Assembly: GCA_049515895.1 (NCBI GenBank) | Contig: JBEKTQ010000002.1 | Span: forward strand, 64,001-128,000 | From: Candidatus Bathyarchaeia archaeon | GTDB taxonomy: Archaea > Thermoproteota > Bathyarchaeia > Bathyarchaeales > Bathycorpusculaceae | Direction of reading: 5' to 3' | Length of the DNA stretch: 64,000 bases | Part shown: in pieces, positions 9,818-19,964 of the stretch | How the letters are laid out: the number at the start of each line of letters is the position of its first letter | Numbering within the stretch: the first letter of the stretch is position 1 | Program-made: the position numbers and the translations under genes | The notes under the pieces: model-generated | The model's database searches: none | Told to the model about the DNA's origin: nothing | The model's input: the letters and a program-made list of their open reading frames with translations, nothing else

Positions 9818-10411
9818 GTGGAAGCAATGATTGAAGTTTACATCAAAAAACTTGAAGGCGTTTGGTTCGGGGTTGCATGCGAACAACAGCAAATTGTTGC
9901 GGCATCCTTTGGCCTAAGCGAACAGGTCATAATGAGCAACATGTTAGCTATACTTCCATTTAACAAGCCCTTCCAAGGTTTCGTTAAGCCTTCAGCGTTC
10001 GCTGAAGAGGCTTTCGTTTGTTTGAAAAAGGTTTATGATGGAAAAGACATCAGCGATTGCCTTCCCTTAGCTTATGCAATCCTGCCAGACTACACACAAA
10101 AGGTGCTGAAAGCAACCTTACAGATTCCACTTGGCTACGTCGCATCCTACGGAGCGATCTCCGATGCAGTTGGCGGCAGCCCGAGAGCTGTGGGAAACGT
10201 CATGGCTTCAAACCCATTCGCACCGATTGTTCCCTGCCACAGAGTTGTCAAATCTGATTTTTCGTTGGGCGGATACGGCGGAGGGTTAAAGGTTAAAGTT
10301 GAGCTTTTAGGTCGGGAAAGTAGAGGTTTTTCAACTTCAAAACAGGTGCAGGTCGGTGGTGGAACACTCACGGTTTTCCCAGTTGAAAACGTTCTTCGTA
10401 ATCTGGTATGA
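9818..10411 (+). CDS. ogt: Methylated-DNA-protein-cysteine methyltransferase
   Basis: RAVG..MASNP, PCHRV active site, GGYGGG. Confidence 0.93.
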   Translation: MEAMIEVYIKKLEGVWFGVACEQQQIVAASFGLSEQVIMSNMLAILPFNKPFQGFVKPSAFAEEAFVCLKKVYDGKDISDCLPLAYAILPDYTQKVLKATLQIPLGYVASYGAISDAVGGSPRAVGNVMASNPFAPIVPCHRVVKSDFSLGGYGGGLKVKVELLGRESRGFSTSKQVQVGGGTLTVFPVENVLRNLV

Positions 10412-10462
10412 CCGAAGATCTTTTGAGCACAAATCATAAAAGGTATACGGGCTTAACGTCAA

Positions 10463-11005
10463 ATGGCGATGAGCAAAATGGTTAACCGGGGTCTTTACGT
10501 TGGGAGGTTTCAGCCTTTCCATTTGGGACATCTTGGTGCCGTGAAGGCAATATTGAAGGAAACTGATGAGCTAGTAATAGTCATCGGCAGTGCCCAATAC
10601 AGTCACAACATCAACAACCCCTTTACGGCTGGCGAAAGACTAGTTATGATTCGCTTTGCCCTCCAAGAAGCCAAACTGAGTCCCTCAAAACTTTGGATTG
10701 TCCCAGTCCCAGATGTCCACCTACACATGCTATGGGTAAGCGCAGTTGAAGGCTACACCCCAAAATTCAACGTTTGCTACACTAACGAACCTTTAACAAA
10801 GAGGCTTTTTTCGGAAGCAGGCTACCCAATCAATGAAATACCGTTCTTCGACAGAAAAAAATACATGTCAACGTTAATTAGAGAAAAAATGCTTAGAAGC
10901 GACGACACCTGGGTCGAGCTTGTTCCGAAAAGTGTAGCAGACTTCATCAGGGAAATAGACGGCGTCAACAGGCTCCGCGACCTAGCAAGAACCGATAAGG
11001 GCTAA
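10463..11005 (+). CDS. nadM: Nicotinamide-nucleotide adenylyltransferase
   Basis: GRFQPFHLGH, GSAQYSH, NPFTAGER, ST.IRE. Confidence 0.94.
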   Translation: MAMSKMVNRGLYVGRFQPFHLGHLGAVKAILKETDELVIVIGSAQYSHNINNPFTAGERLVMIRFALQEAKLSPSKLWIVPVPDVHLHMLWVSAVEGYTPKFNVCYTNEPLTKRLFSEAGYPINEIPFFDRKKYMSTLIREKMLRSDDTWVELVPKSVADFIREIDGVNRLRDLARTDKG

Positions 11006-11007
11006 TA

Positions 11008-11568
11008 CTAAACAACTATTTTTTCGGTTGAAGCCATATGATATAAGCGGTAAGCCAGAAGGTAAGCGATGATCACGACCAACAATTCGACAAATACACC
11101 CGCACCGATGGTTGTTAAGGCAAAGAAATTGTTTGCCGCATGAATAGAGACCGATATCAGGTAATAAGGCAGCGGGTTCTTTTTAGCTATGCCGTAAGCA
11201 GTAATCGCTGCGCTTGAAGCGTGGAAAAGGACGCCTGGAACTCTTGCAATTGGGGGAACACCTAAAAAGACGACGTATAGAAGAAACTCGGAAATCCCAA
11301 AGCCAAGCCCGATTAAAACGCCTAAAGTCACAATGGACCTTTCGGTCTCGCCGTGCCTGTAAAACAACGGGAAAACTTTAGCTAGTTCCTCAACGAAGGG
11401 CGCAATAAGTGCCGTAGATACGAAGACGGATACGTAGGGGTAAACGTTTGAAAAAAACAAAGCCATGGGAACGCTTACAAGTATTCCAGAAATGAAAAAG
11501 AACACTAGCTCTTTTCTGCTGGGCTTATGAAGCGGAATAACGCATTGACGGGACGGTTCATTTCCCAT
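11008..11568 (-). CDS. PrsW-family intramembrane glutamic protease
   Basis: APFVEELAK, GLGF..SE, H...A, HAANN motifs within TM helices. Confidence 0.85.
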   Translation of the reverse strand: MGNEPSRQCVIPLHKPSRKELVFFFISGILVSVPMALFFSNVYPYVSVFVSTALIAPFVEELAKVFPLFYRHGETERSIVTLGVLIGLGFGISEFLLYVVFLGVPPIARVPGVLFHASSAAITAYGIAKKNPLPYYLISVSIHAANNFFALTTIGAGVFVELLVVIIAYLLAYRLYHMASTEKIVV

Positions 11569-11682
11569 AAAAATAAGCTTCCTAAAAGAAAGGAACTTAG
11601 CACTTGCTTATCAACGTTTTCCACTTACCACAGCGCTAAAATACAGGTTGCTGCCACTACAAATGTCAGGTTGTACACCAAA

Positions 11683-12165
11683 ATGAACTCAGTTATAATA
11701 CTATTTTCTTATCACCACAAGAACACGGAGAAAGTTGCCCAAGTTATCGCTAAGGTTACTGGAGCAGAAGTGAAAACTCCCGAGCAAATAGACCCAAACA
11801 CACTTGCAAGCCTTGAGCTTGTAGGATTCGGCTCAGGCGTTTATTTTGGAAAACTCGGCAAAACTCTCCTTGAATTAGCCGACAAAATCCCGCAAGTCAC
11901 AAGCAAGAACGCATTCATTTTTTCCACCAGCGGCAGAACTGGAAAAGCTGCAGCCAAGTTCCATAAGACACTCAAGGAGAAGCTAGAGGCTAAAGGGTTC
12001 ACCATTTTAGGAGAGTTTAACTGTGGAGGATTCGACACCTATGGGCTTCTTAAAATTGGTGGCGGCACAAACAAGGGCAGGCCAAACGAAGAAGACCTAA
12101 AGCAAGCAGAAACATTTGCGCAAAGCCTACTGAAGAATGAACCCTCCGTTTTATTTGCGGAATAG
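11683..12165 (+). CDS. Flavodoxin-family protein
   Basis: SYHHKNTEKVA, GFGSGVY, FSTSG, GRPNEEDL; start moved to ATG 11683. Confidence 0.88.
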   Translation: MNSVIILFSYHHKNTEKVAQVIAKVTGAEVKTPEQIDPNTLASLELVGFGSGVYFGKLGKTLLELADKIPQVTSKNAFIFSTSGRTGKAAAKFHKTLKEKLEAKGFTILGEFNCGGFDTYGLLKIGGGTNKGRPNEEDLKQAETFAQSLLKNEPSVLFAE

Positions 12166-12177
12166 GCGACAATCGCT

Positions 12178-13551
12178 TTAGAAGCCAGCCGCTATCGGGT
12201 CAAGCGGCTTCATCAACTCCCTCAGAAACACAGTAGCGTAGCAGCCTCTGAGAAGCATGAAGCTTAACATGATTTGGAAGCTTTTACCATCAGTGTCTGT
12301 TAAAACGTTAAACTTGAAGTCTTTAACAGGAGCTACCGCCGTTCGCAATCCTCCTTTACCACCGACCTTTGACAGCGGGCTGACTCGCATGTTTTCAATC
12401 TTGATTTTTTCCTTCTCGAGAACCTTATGCTCTATCTCCCCCATGACCCCTTCTGAAAGCTTCTGTCTTATCCCCACAATGGGCAGAGCAACACGCAGTT
12501 TGCCAGCCTTGATTTGTTCATTGACGGCTGCTTCTGTTTCAGAAGTAACAACTTTTGTTACCTTCGTCAAAGGTAAGCTCGAACGTTCAACACCAACAAC
12601 GTAATCCCCTGCTTCAGCCCCGTTCAAGGCGTAACCGTGCGCAAGTCGCTCGCTAAGGAATCGGTTAAACAGGTAAGACTGGTGAGCCTGAACAAAAAGC
12701 TCTTGAAGCTTAATGGGCAACCGTTGGAAAGCGCCCATGAAATCTTCCGGGTTATTTACCAAATGACTGAGCATTAACCTTTCAAAGCGAAGTTGCCTAG
12801 GAAAATTTTCCAGCGCTTGCTTGAAATCACCTGTTTCTTGAAGTTGCACGCGCGCTTTCCTCGAGGATGGGTGCTCATACTCGCTTGGCTTAGCTAAGAA
12901 AAGCGTTGCAGCCTGCTTAAAATCGCCTTCAAAAATGGCTTTTCCAACCAAATGTGTTATTGGCCGGGTAGTTCCAAAGCGTTGGTGCCCAAAAAAGTTT
13001 GGAAAGCCACTGGCAGTTTCTATTTCCCCAATTGTTTGGACTAAGTGTTTTTCAACGGTTGATTCCTGAAGTCCTATGGCTTTGATTTTTATTGTGAAGC
13101 TGTTGCCGAGCAAGTAGTAGGTTGAAAGCGCTTCGCGAACGTAGCCTATAGGGATGATTTGAATGTCTTTAACGTTGACTTTTGCAGCATCCTCCAATAA
13201 GCCTCCGTCAATTGTTATGTGCTGAGCTGTGACGGCTTTAGCGTCTTTAATGCCTGCAATTTGGATGCGGCTTTGGTCTATGCCAAGGCATTTTGCAATA
13301 TTTTTAACCGCTATGAAAGTGTCCCAGTTGCGTTTAACCAACGTGCAAAGCAAAAACCGCTGGCGCTGAAGAGTAGAACTTAAGACCCTGTTAGGAACGG
13401 TCCCGTCTGTTTTCGCCTTTGAGCCATCTACAAGCAATTCCTCAACCCTAAAATCCTCGACGTTCTTGCGGATGGCGCCGCCGATGCCTAAGCTTTTAGT
13501 CAAGTAGACTTCGATACCTAACTGTTCGTCGAGAACTGGAACAGACACCAT
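12178..13551 (-). CDS. truD: tRNA pseudouridine(13) synthase TruD
   Basis: EDFRVEE, AGIKDAKAVTAQ, NFFGHQRFG, QSYLFN, GCYAT. Confidence 0.95.
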   Translation of the reverse strand: MVSVPVLDEQLGIEVYLTKSLGIGGAIRKNVEDFRVEELLVDGSKAKTDGTVPNRVLSSTLQRQRFLLCTLVKRNWDTFIAVKNIAKCLGIDQSRIQIAGIKDAKAVTAQHITIDGGLLEDAAKVNVKDIQIIPIGYVREALSTYYLLGNSFTIKIKAIGLQESTVEKHLVQTIGEIETASGFPNFFGHQRFGTTRPITHLVGKAIFEGDFKQAATLFLAKPSEYEHPSSRKARVQLQETGDFKQALENFPRQLRFERLMLSHLVNNPEDFMGAFQRLPIKLQELFVQAHQSYLFNRFLSERLAHGYALNGAEAGDYVVGVERSSLPLTKVTKVVTSETEAAVNEQIKAGKLRVALPIVGIRQKLSEGVMGEIEHKVLEKEKIKIENMRVSPLSKVGGKGGLRTAVAPVKDFKFNVLTDTDGKSFQIMLSFMLLRGCYATVFLRELMKPLDPIAAGF

Positions 13552-13558
13552 GTTCGCC

Positions 13559-13921
13559 TTAGAACAGTTGAAGATTACCTGTTAATTTGTCAATTAGCCC
13601 GTTGGGAGCAGGACCTATCCCCAAGCAGGTCACTGTGCCCTCAGGAATCTGGGTTAAACCTCTATCAACTATCAATGCATGGGGCAAACCCAACCTATCT
13701 GCGGCAGCCTCCAACTCATGCAGCTCCTGCTCCGATTCAACCTTAACAGCAATTTTCCGTTGACCCTCAAAAAGCCAAGCCTCCCACCACTTTCTATTGT
13801 GGACATACGCTTCTTGTGCCGCTGAAACTGCCGCGTGCCCAGCCTGCGCCGCAATCTTGCCTTTTCCCATCTTCAAATCCTTGCGGAAAACAAGAACCTG
13901 CTTGTATTCAAATTCGCCCAT
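13559..13921 (-). CDS. pth2: Peptidyl-tRNA hydrolase Pth2
   Basis: RKDLKMGKGKIAAQAGHA, GQRKI, DRGLTQ, GIGP; start moved to ATG 13921. Confidence 0.95.
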   Translation of the reverse strand: MGEFEYKQVLVFRKDLKMGKGKIAAQAGHAAVSAAQEAYVHNRKWWEAWLFEGQRKIAVKVESEQELHELEAAADRLGLPHALIVDRGLTQIPEGTVTCLGIGPAPNGLIDKLTGNLQLF

Positions 13922-13956
13922 TGAATTTCCCGCTTTTATGTTAGGCAGCCGAGATT

Positions 13957-15213
13957 TTAAGGGTTTGTAGACAAGTAAAGCAACACAAAATAAGCTAAAG
14001 TTGCCATCATGGAAGGCTTCCAAAGAGATTTGATTAGCATTTTTCCCTGAAAATCGATTTGATCCTCGTTTTTCAGGGCTTTGTCTACGCCTAGCTTGCT
14101 GCAAACTCGAAGTGCCTCATCCATTTTCTCGTCAGATAAAGAGTTAAGAAACCTTCTGAGACGAAGCATAACGTTGAAGTCGAAACCGAACAGGTCAGAG
14201 CATCGCTTCTGATATGCCTGCAATGAATAATCTGAAAAGTCGCCGCGATGTATGGCTTCGGTGACACTTTGGGCCGCGATCTTTGCACATGTCAACCCGA
14301 AGATTACTCCGCCGCCCGTGGTTGGTTTAACCTGTGACGCGCAGTCGCCAACTGCGAGAAACCCGTTAGCACAGGCCTTCTCTATTGGACCCCCTAGCGT
14401 TATTGTGTGGTAATTAGCTTGTATTATCTTTGCTTTGCCCAGTTGTTTCGAAGCTGCAGGATGTTTCGTTCTAAGTGCTTGAAGGCAATCCTTGGGGTTT
14501 CCTTTGTTAGTCGCCAAACCCACTTTTGCTGTTCCATCTTTCCTCGGAATGAGCCACCCGTAAAAGCCAGATGCATAGGAATTGCCCAAATAAACTTCAA
14601 CAGCATCTTGTTCCACGTCGAAGACGTTTTCAACTTCAGCTTCAACCGAGTAAACTAGCCCCTGAGGTTTCAGGGCTTTCAAACCAGTCTGCCTCAAAAG
14701 CCTGGAAGAGATTCCTTCAGCATCCACAGTTATGTTAGAGGGAACCATCCATTGTTTTCCACTTTTCCGTTGAACATTTACGCCTTCAACGAAGCCATTA
14801 CGGATAACAAGCGATCGGACAAGGCTATCTAAGATAAAGCGTGCTCCTGCCTCTTCTGCCTGTTTTGCCAGATACCGGTCGAAACGTGCCCTGTTTAAGG
14901 CGGCTGTTACTGGGCGTGATAGGTGAATTGAAAACTTGGTGCCTTTGGCAGAGTAGAAGTTGGCTGTTCCAAAGGTGTTCTCAACTATCCCTTCCGGAAG
15001 CGGGAATAGCCCCATGCTGGCTAGGCTTTTGATACTTAAGTGCCCAGCGCAGTGAGACGGGACCCCGATTTCGGGGTGCTCTTCAAAAACCGTGGCGTTT
15101 ATGCCTGCTTTGGCCAAGTTTAAGGCTGCGTATGAGCCGACAGGTCCGCCTCCGATGATAACGACTTCTGGTGCGGCGGTTGTCTGTTGGATTTTGTGCT
15201 GAATCATCATCAC
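13957..15213 (-). CDS. Geranylgeranyl reductase-family FAD oxidoreductase
   Basis: GGGPVG, HCAG, R..FD..LA..A, YGWLIP, VGD.ASQVKPTTGGG. Confidence 0.85.
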   Translation of the reverse strand: MMMIQHKIQQTTAAPEVVIIGGGPVGSYAALNLAKAGINATVFEEHPEIGVPSHCAGHLSIKSLASMGLFPLPEGIVENTFGTANFYSAKGTKFSIHLSRPVTAALNRARFDRYLAKQAEEAGARFILDSLVRSLVIRNGFVEGVNVQRKSGKQWMVPSNITVDAEGISSRLLRQTGLKALKPQGLVYSVEAEVENVFDVEQDAVEVYLGNSYASGFYGWLIPRKDGTAKVGLATNKGNPKDCLQALRTKHPAASKQLGKAKIIQANYHTITLGGPIEKACANGFLAVGDCASQVKPTTGGGVIFGLTCAKIAAQSVTEAIHRGDFSDYSLQAYQKRCSDLFGFDFNVMLRLRRFLNSLSDEKMDEALRVCSKLGVDKALKNEDQIDFQGKMLIKSLWKPSMMATLAYFVLLYLSTNP

Positions 15214-15217
15214 ATAG

Positions 15218-15448
15218 TTATTGGACTAGCTCGATTCGACGCTTTCCACGCGCCAAGGATGACGTGCGGATCTTGCCGGTAACCTCTAACTTTAGCAGCA
15301 ATTCGTTGAAGTCTTTGAAGCCTAAGTCTTCGAACTCTCCTTTAAGCGCCGTGAACAAGTCATCGTCGGTCATGTCGCCCTTTTTCTTTAGGATTTCTAA
15401 AATAACAAAGTAGTCTGGTCGAGTTTTCCAAGTTTTCATTTGAGGCAT
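15218..15448 (-). CDS. Small winged-helix-like protein downstream of cdc48
   Basis: 76 aa; helical N-part then LLKLEVTGKI and a beta-wing; GGTGA SD-like site upstream. Confidence 0.7.
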   Translation of the reverse strand: MPQMKTWKTRPDYFVILEILKKKGDMTDDDLFTALKGEFEDLGFKDFNELLLKLEVTGKIRTSSLARGKRRIELVQ

Positions 15449-15459
15449 ACGTTCACCTT

Positions 15460-17664
15460 CTAAGCAACGGGTGTTGCTGGTTTTTGTACTTGTCGGAACT
15501 GCTGATTGAAGCCCTTATACCATTTCTCCATATCAGGCGTTATTGACGGACCCATCTCTTTCATGGCATCCAGGAAATCCTTCATCGAAACCTCGCGTGA
15601 TTGAACATCTCGTCGCAATGCATGCATTGCAGCCTCCCTGCATAAAGATTCGATGTCGGCGCCAGAATAGTACTTCGTCAAAGTGGTTAACTGGTTCAAA
15701 TCAACATCCTTGCAAATTGGCATGTTCTTCGTGTACAACGTGAAGATTTGCAGACGGCTCTTTTCATCTGGTTCCGGCACATAGATTAAACGGTCAAACC
15801 TACCTGGGCGCAGAACTGCTGGGTCAACCATGTGAGGGCGATTCGTTGCAGCGATGATTACGATGTCTTGCAATGTTGTTATGCCATCCATTTCCGTCAG
15901 TAATTGGCTTATGACTCTCTCGAAAGCGCCGTTGTCAGACATGCCCATGTCACGTCTCGGCGTAAGAGAGTCTATTTCATCTAGGAATATGACGGACGGC
16001 GCCGCCATGCGGGCTTTGCGGAAGACTTCACGAATAGCTTTTTCTGATTCTCCGAGCCATTTGCTGAAAACTTCAGGTCCTTTTATGGATATGAAGTTGG
16101 CTTCGCTCTCGGTCGCGACCGCCCGTGCAAGCAACGTTTTGCCGCAGCCAGGTGGACCATAAAGCAGGATGCCCTTTGGCGCTCTAATCCCAAGCCGAGT
16201 GAACATTTCAGGATTCTTGATCGGCCACTCGACAGATTCCTTAAGATGCTCTTTAACACTATCTAAACCGCCTATGTCGCTCCAATGCACAGTTGCAACT
16301 TCAATATAGACTTCGCGCATTGCAGTGGGCGTAACTTCTTTGTACGCGCCCAAAAAATCCTCCATTGTAACCTCCATCTTCTCCAGAACGGCGGGTGGAA
16401 TGCGTTCTTCTTCAAGGTTGATCTGCGGCAGATATCTGCGGAGCGCTTTCATGGCTGTTTCTCTGCTTAACGCCGATAAGTCAGCACCTGTGTAACCATG
16501 CGTCATATCTGCAAGTTTCTTAAGGTCAACATCTTCAACGGACTTTTCACCTTCAGATTTTTCAACGCCGTGAAGTGGCATGCCTCTTGTGTGAATTTGC
16601 AACACCTCGTGCCTTCCTCGCTTGTCGGGTACGCTAATCTCTATTTCCCTGTCAAACCTTCCCGGTCTACGCAGAGCTGGGTCAAGTGCACCTGGACGGT
16701 TAGTTGCGCCGATAACTATGACGTTTCCTCTTCCGCTCAATCCATCCATCAATGCAAGAAGTTGCGCGACGACGCGTCTTTCAACTTCGCCGGTGACTTC
16801 CTCTCTTTTAGGCGCAATGGCGTCGAGTTCATCGACGAATATTATGCTCGGAGCATTCTGCTGGGCTTGCTGGAAAATCTCCCGCAGGCGCGCTTCCGAT
16901 TCGCCGTAGAATTTACTCATGATTTCTGGACCGTTAATCGAGTAGAAGTTTGCTTCCGACTCGTTCGCGACCGCCCGTGCAAGCAACGTTTTGCCGCAGC
17001 CTGGAGGACCATGAAGCAGAACTCCCTTTGGAGGCTCTATTCCCAATCGCTGGAAAAGTTCGGGGTGCCTTAGCGGCAACTCAACCATTTCGCGGACTCG
17101 TTGGATTTCCTCATGTAAGCCGCCGATGTCCTCATAGGTGGTTCTCGGTAAGCCCTTGCCTTCAGGCGCTGGCTCGTTTAGTATGGTTAGGTGTGTTTCT
17201 GTTGTGACTTTTATTATGCCATGTGGACGGGTTTTTGACACGGTGAATGGTATGGCGTGCCCCAGCATCATCACCAAGGTGGTGTCGCCTTCTACAAGTG
17301 TTCTTTCCATGAGGCGGTTTCTCACGAAGTTTGTGAAGTCTTCATCGACGTTAAGGCGCATGTCAACTGGAGCAAGAGTCAAGCTCAAAGCTGTTTTGAC
17401 TTTTGCCGGTCGTACAACAACGTACTCGTTTATAGCTACGCCGCTGTTCTTGCGTGTGAAACCGTCGATTCGGATGATATCTCGGTTCTGGTCTTCACTG
17501 TAAGCAGGCCAAGCGATAGCGGAGGTTGTGCGTTTGTTTATTATTTCTATTACGTCGCCAGCGCTAATGCCTAGTTTCTGCATGGTTCGCTGGTCTATGC
17601 GGGCGATTCCTCTGCCTACATCTCTCTGTCGTGCGTCTCCAACGCGTAATTGAACTTCGCTCAA
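15460..17664 (-). CDS. cdc48: CDC48/VCP AAA+ ATPase
   Basis: N domain (RDVGRGIARID), two GPPGCGKT Walker A and two RPGRFDR motifs; start moved to TTG 17664 behind GGAGG. Confidence 0.96.
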   Translation of the reverse strand: MSEVQLRVGDARQRDVGRGIARIDQRTMQKLGISAGDVIEIINKRTTSAIAWPAYSEDQNRDIIRIDGFTRKNSGVAINEYVVVRPAKVKTALSLTLAPVDMRLNVDEDFTNFVRNRLMERTLVEGDTTLVMMLGHAIPFTVSKTRPHGIIKVTTETHLTILNEPAPEGKGLPRTTYEDIGGLHEEIQRVREMVELPLRHPELFQRLGIEPPKGVLLHGPPGCGKTLLARAVANESEANFYSINGPEIMSKFYGESEARLREIFQQAQQNAPSIIFVDELDAIAPKREEVTGEVERRVVAQLLALMDGLSGRGNVIVIGATNRPGALDPALRRPGRFDREIEISVPDKRGRHEVLQIHTRGMPLHGVEKSEGEKSVEDVDLKKLADMTHGYTGADLSALSRETAMKALRRYLPQINLEEERIPPAVLEKMEVTMEDFLGAYKEVTPTAMREVYIEVATVHWSDIGGLDSVKEHLKESVEWPIKNPEMFTRLGIRAPKGILLYGPPGCGKTLLARAVATESEANFISIKGPEVFSKWLGESEKAIREVFRKARMAAPSVIFLDEIDSLTPRRDMGMSDNGAFERVISQLLTEMDGITTLQDIVIIAATNRPHMVDPAVLRPGRFDRLIYVPEPDEKSRLQIFTLYTKNMPICKDVDLNQLTTLTKYYSGADIESLCREAAMHALRRDVQSREVSMKDFLDAMKEMGPSITPDMEKWYKGFNQQFRQVQKPATPVA

Positions 17665-17814
17665 ACAAAATCCTCCAAATGATCGGTGGTCAAAGATATT
17701 AGTGGAAAAGAACATCAAACCTATATAAACTTTCAAGCTTAACCTTTAAGACATTCAGGTGCATATTAGACATGGATGCTGTTAGTTTTTTTCCTAAACT
17801 AAGCATTAAGTGGG

Positions 17815-18090
17815 TCATCGGCTGCTTCGGCGCACAAACATGGTTTGCGCTTGGCTTATCCCCGGCAGCTTCCCGAGTTTTTCCTCAAACTCGTCAACGA
17901 CGCCTGTCTTATCCTCTGGAAACTTCAGTTGAACAAGGAGAGCTACTAGCCCGAAAGCAATGGGTTCCTCGCCCCACCCTTCAATGGAAGCGAACTCGGG
18001 CTTAATGCCTTCAATATCCTTTTTCAGGCTGTCAAAGTTTTGTGCTATATCTTCTGGGAACACCTTGTATGTTACAATGACGCTACCCAT
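17815..18090 (-). CDS. ef1b: Translation elongation factor 1-beta
   Basis: V.YKVFPED, EEPIAFGL.AL. Confidence 0.92.
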   Translation of the reverse strand: MGSVIVTYKVFPEDIAQNFDSLKKDIEGIKPEFASIEGWGEEPIAFGLVALLVQLKFPEDKTGVVDEFEEKLGKLPGISQAQTMFVRRSSR

Positions 18091-18103
18091 TCCTAATCGC
18101 CTT

Positions 18104-18292
18104 TTATGGTCCTGTGAAACCGCATTTTGGGCACTTGTAGAGTCGTCCGAACTTGCGGCATTTCCCGTCGCGTTTGATTTGGATTTCTCCGCAGCTTGGG
18201 CAGAGAAATTTTGTTGATTCGCTGCCGGGCGGGATAGGTTTTCCGCAGCTTGTGCAGGTAACCAGGGACAGTGCGGTTTGTCTTTCTGTCAT
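18104..18292 (-). CDS. DUF1610-type double zinc-ribbon protein
   Basis: CTSCG, F.CPSCG, C-terminal YKCPKCGFTGP; upstream of EF-1beta as is typical. Confidence 0.88.
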   Translation of the reverse strand: MTERQTALSLVTCTSCGKPIPPGSESTKFLCPSCGEIQIKRDGKCRKFGRLYKCPKCGFTGP

Positions 18293-18492
18293 AATTGTCA
18301 TCTCGTGGGGTTTTAAATTGTAGGGGTTCCTTATATCTGCTATGCTCAACGAATCGGAATAATCCGTTGATTTCCCATTTGGAATTTTGCAGCTTAAAAC
18401 AACAGGTTCATCTAAAGTCTTGGATTATTATTCAGACTTAATTCGCAAGTTTATTAAGAAAGTTTTTTCCTATTTTATTTTCGTGATGAATT

Positions 18493-19527
18493 TTGGGCGT
18501 AGACTTCAAAGATCTTGTTCCAAAAACCCCGGTTAAACTCGAAGACTTAAGCGGCAAAATAATCGCCATAGACGCTTACAACGCCATCTACCAGTTTCTC
18601 TCCATCATCCGCCAACCTGACGGCACCCCGCTGAAAGACAGCTCGGGAAGAGTCACCAGCCACCTAAGCGGCCTGTTTTACCGTACAAGCAACCTTGTGG
18701 AAATGGGGCTGAAGCCGATCTATGTTTTCGATGGGATTCCGCCCACTTTGAAGGCGACTGAGATTGAGCGGCGCAAGCAGGTAAAAGTTCAAGCGGTTGC
18801 AAGTTACGAAAAAGCCGCGGCGAAGGGCGACACAGTGAAGATGCGTATGTTTGCTCAGGCGGCGACAAGCATGAAAGACTACATGCAAGAGGACAGTTGC
18901 AAGCTTCTAGAGCTGATGGGTCTACCATGGATTCAGGCGCCAAGCGAAGGGGAAGCCCAAGCAGCCCACATGACCAAAAAAGGCGACGCGGATTACTGTG
19001 CAAGCCAAGACTATGACAGCTTGCTTTTCGGAGCGCCAAAAATGTTGCGAAACATCACGATTTCTGGCAGACGCAAAATTCCAAGCAAAAACGTCTACGT
19101 TGACGTAGTCCCAGAGGTGATGGAGCTGTCTAAAACGCTAAACGAAACTGGGTTAACCTATGAGCAGCTCATCGACGTCGGCATTCTCATCGGCACAGAC
19201 TTCAACCCAGATGGTATAAAAGGGCTCGGACCAAAAACCGCCTTGAAACTGATCAAGCAGTATGGGTCATTGGAGAACGCGCTTCCCCACATAAAAAACC
19301 CGTCTTTCCCCGTTGAGCCAAACTGCATACGCCGAGTCTTCCTGCATCCTGAAGTCACCGACAACTACAAGCTCCAATGGTGCGAACCGAACGTTGAAGG
19401 CGTTGTTGACTTAATGGTTAGGCAAAAAGAATTCTCAGAAGACCGCGTCAGAAAATCCCTTGACAAAATGCTTGCAGGCAGCAAGAAGCAGAAGGCAAAA
19501 ATGACACTGGAAAAATGGTTCGGCTAA
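18493..19527 (+). CDS. fen: Flap endonuclease 1
   Basis: IDAYNAIYQFL, APSEGEAQAA, SQDYDSLLFG, GTDFNP, C-terminal PIP-like TLEKWF. Confidence 0.97.
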   Translation: MGVDFKDLVPKTPVKLEDLSGKIIAIDAYNAIYQFLSIIRQPDGTPLKDSSGRVTSHLSGLFYRTSNLVEMGLKPIYVFDGIPPTLKATEIERRKQVKVQAVASYEKAAAKGDTVKMRMFAQAATSMKDYMQEDSCKLLELMGLPWIQAPSEGEAQAAHMTKKGDADYCASQDYDSLLFGAPKMLRNITISGRRKIPSKNVYVDVVPEVMELSKTLNETGLTYEQLIDVGILIGTDFNPDGIKGLGPKTALKLIKQYGSLENALPHIKNPSFPVEPNCIRRVFLHPEVTDNYKLQWCEPNVEGVVDLMVRQKEFSEDRVRKSLDKMLAGSKKQKAKMTLEKWFG

Positions 19528-19740
19528 CTCGTTGGGTCTGGTTAAGAATCTGATTGTATTTGGCTCTTCTATATAAGTCCAGCATCACTGGAAATTTAAT
19601 ATTACGACGTAAGAGCGCCCCTACAGTCTTTAAACCACTTCCATTCTCCCTCTTTTAGTGACCCTCAAAAGTCTTCATGGGGATTTTTGATCCAAGCGCA
19701 GGAATCAATTTTTAAGGTTACCGCTTGGACTGTGGAAGCA

Positions 19741-19800
19741 GAAGAAGAAGAAGAAGAAGAAGAAGAAGAGCGCTACCACCAAGTGTCTTCTTCTTCTTTT
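19741..19800. repeat. (GAA)9 microsatellite forming a hairpin with downstream (CTT)n
   Basis: GAA x9 at 19741-19767, then GAGCGCTACCACCAAGTGT and CTTCTTCTTCTTTT; between convergent fen and glmS. Confidence 0.85.
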
Positions 19801-19964
19801 AAGGACAAATAGCCGCTGACATTTCCTTGTTTCTATTTGGATCATCTGCCAAATTGCTGGGGCTTCTACCAGAGAAGTAACGACCATAAATGCCCTAACC
19901 CTCATGGCAGAGACCAAAACAAAAAGCATTCTACAGAAAGATCAAAGGAAAAATAAGGGAAAGG

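Noticed and set aside
16530-16580. Insertion HGVEKSEGEKSVED in CDC48 as an intein or intron
   Set aside because: Only about 10 in-frame residues with no splice motifs; a loop insertion.
19705-19929. Poly-Phe ORF on the minus strand
   Set aside because: By-product of the GAA microsatellite; no other coding signal.
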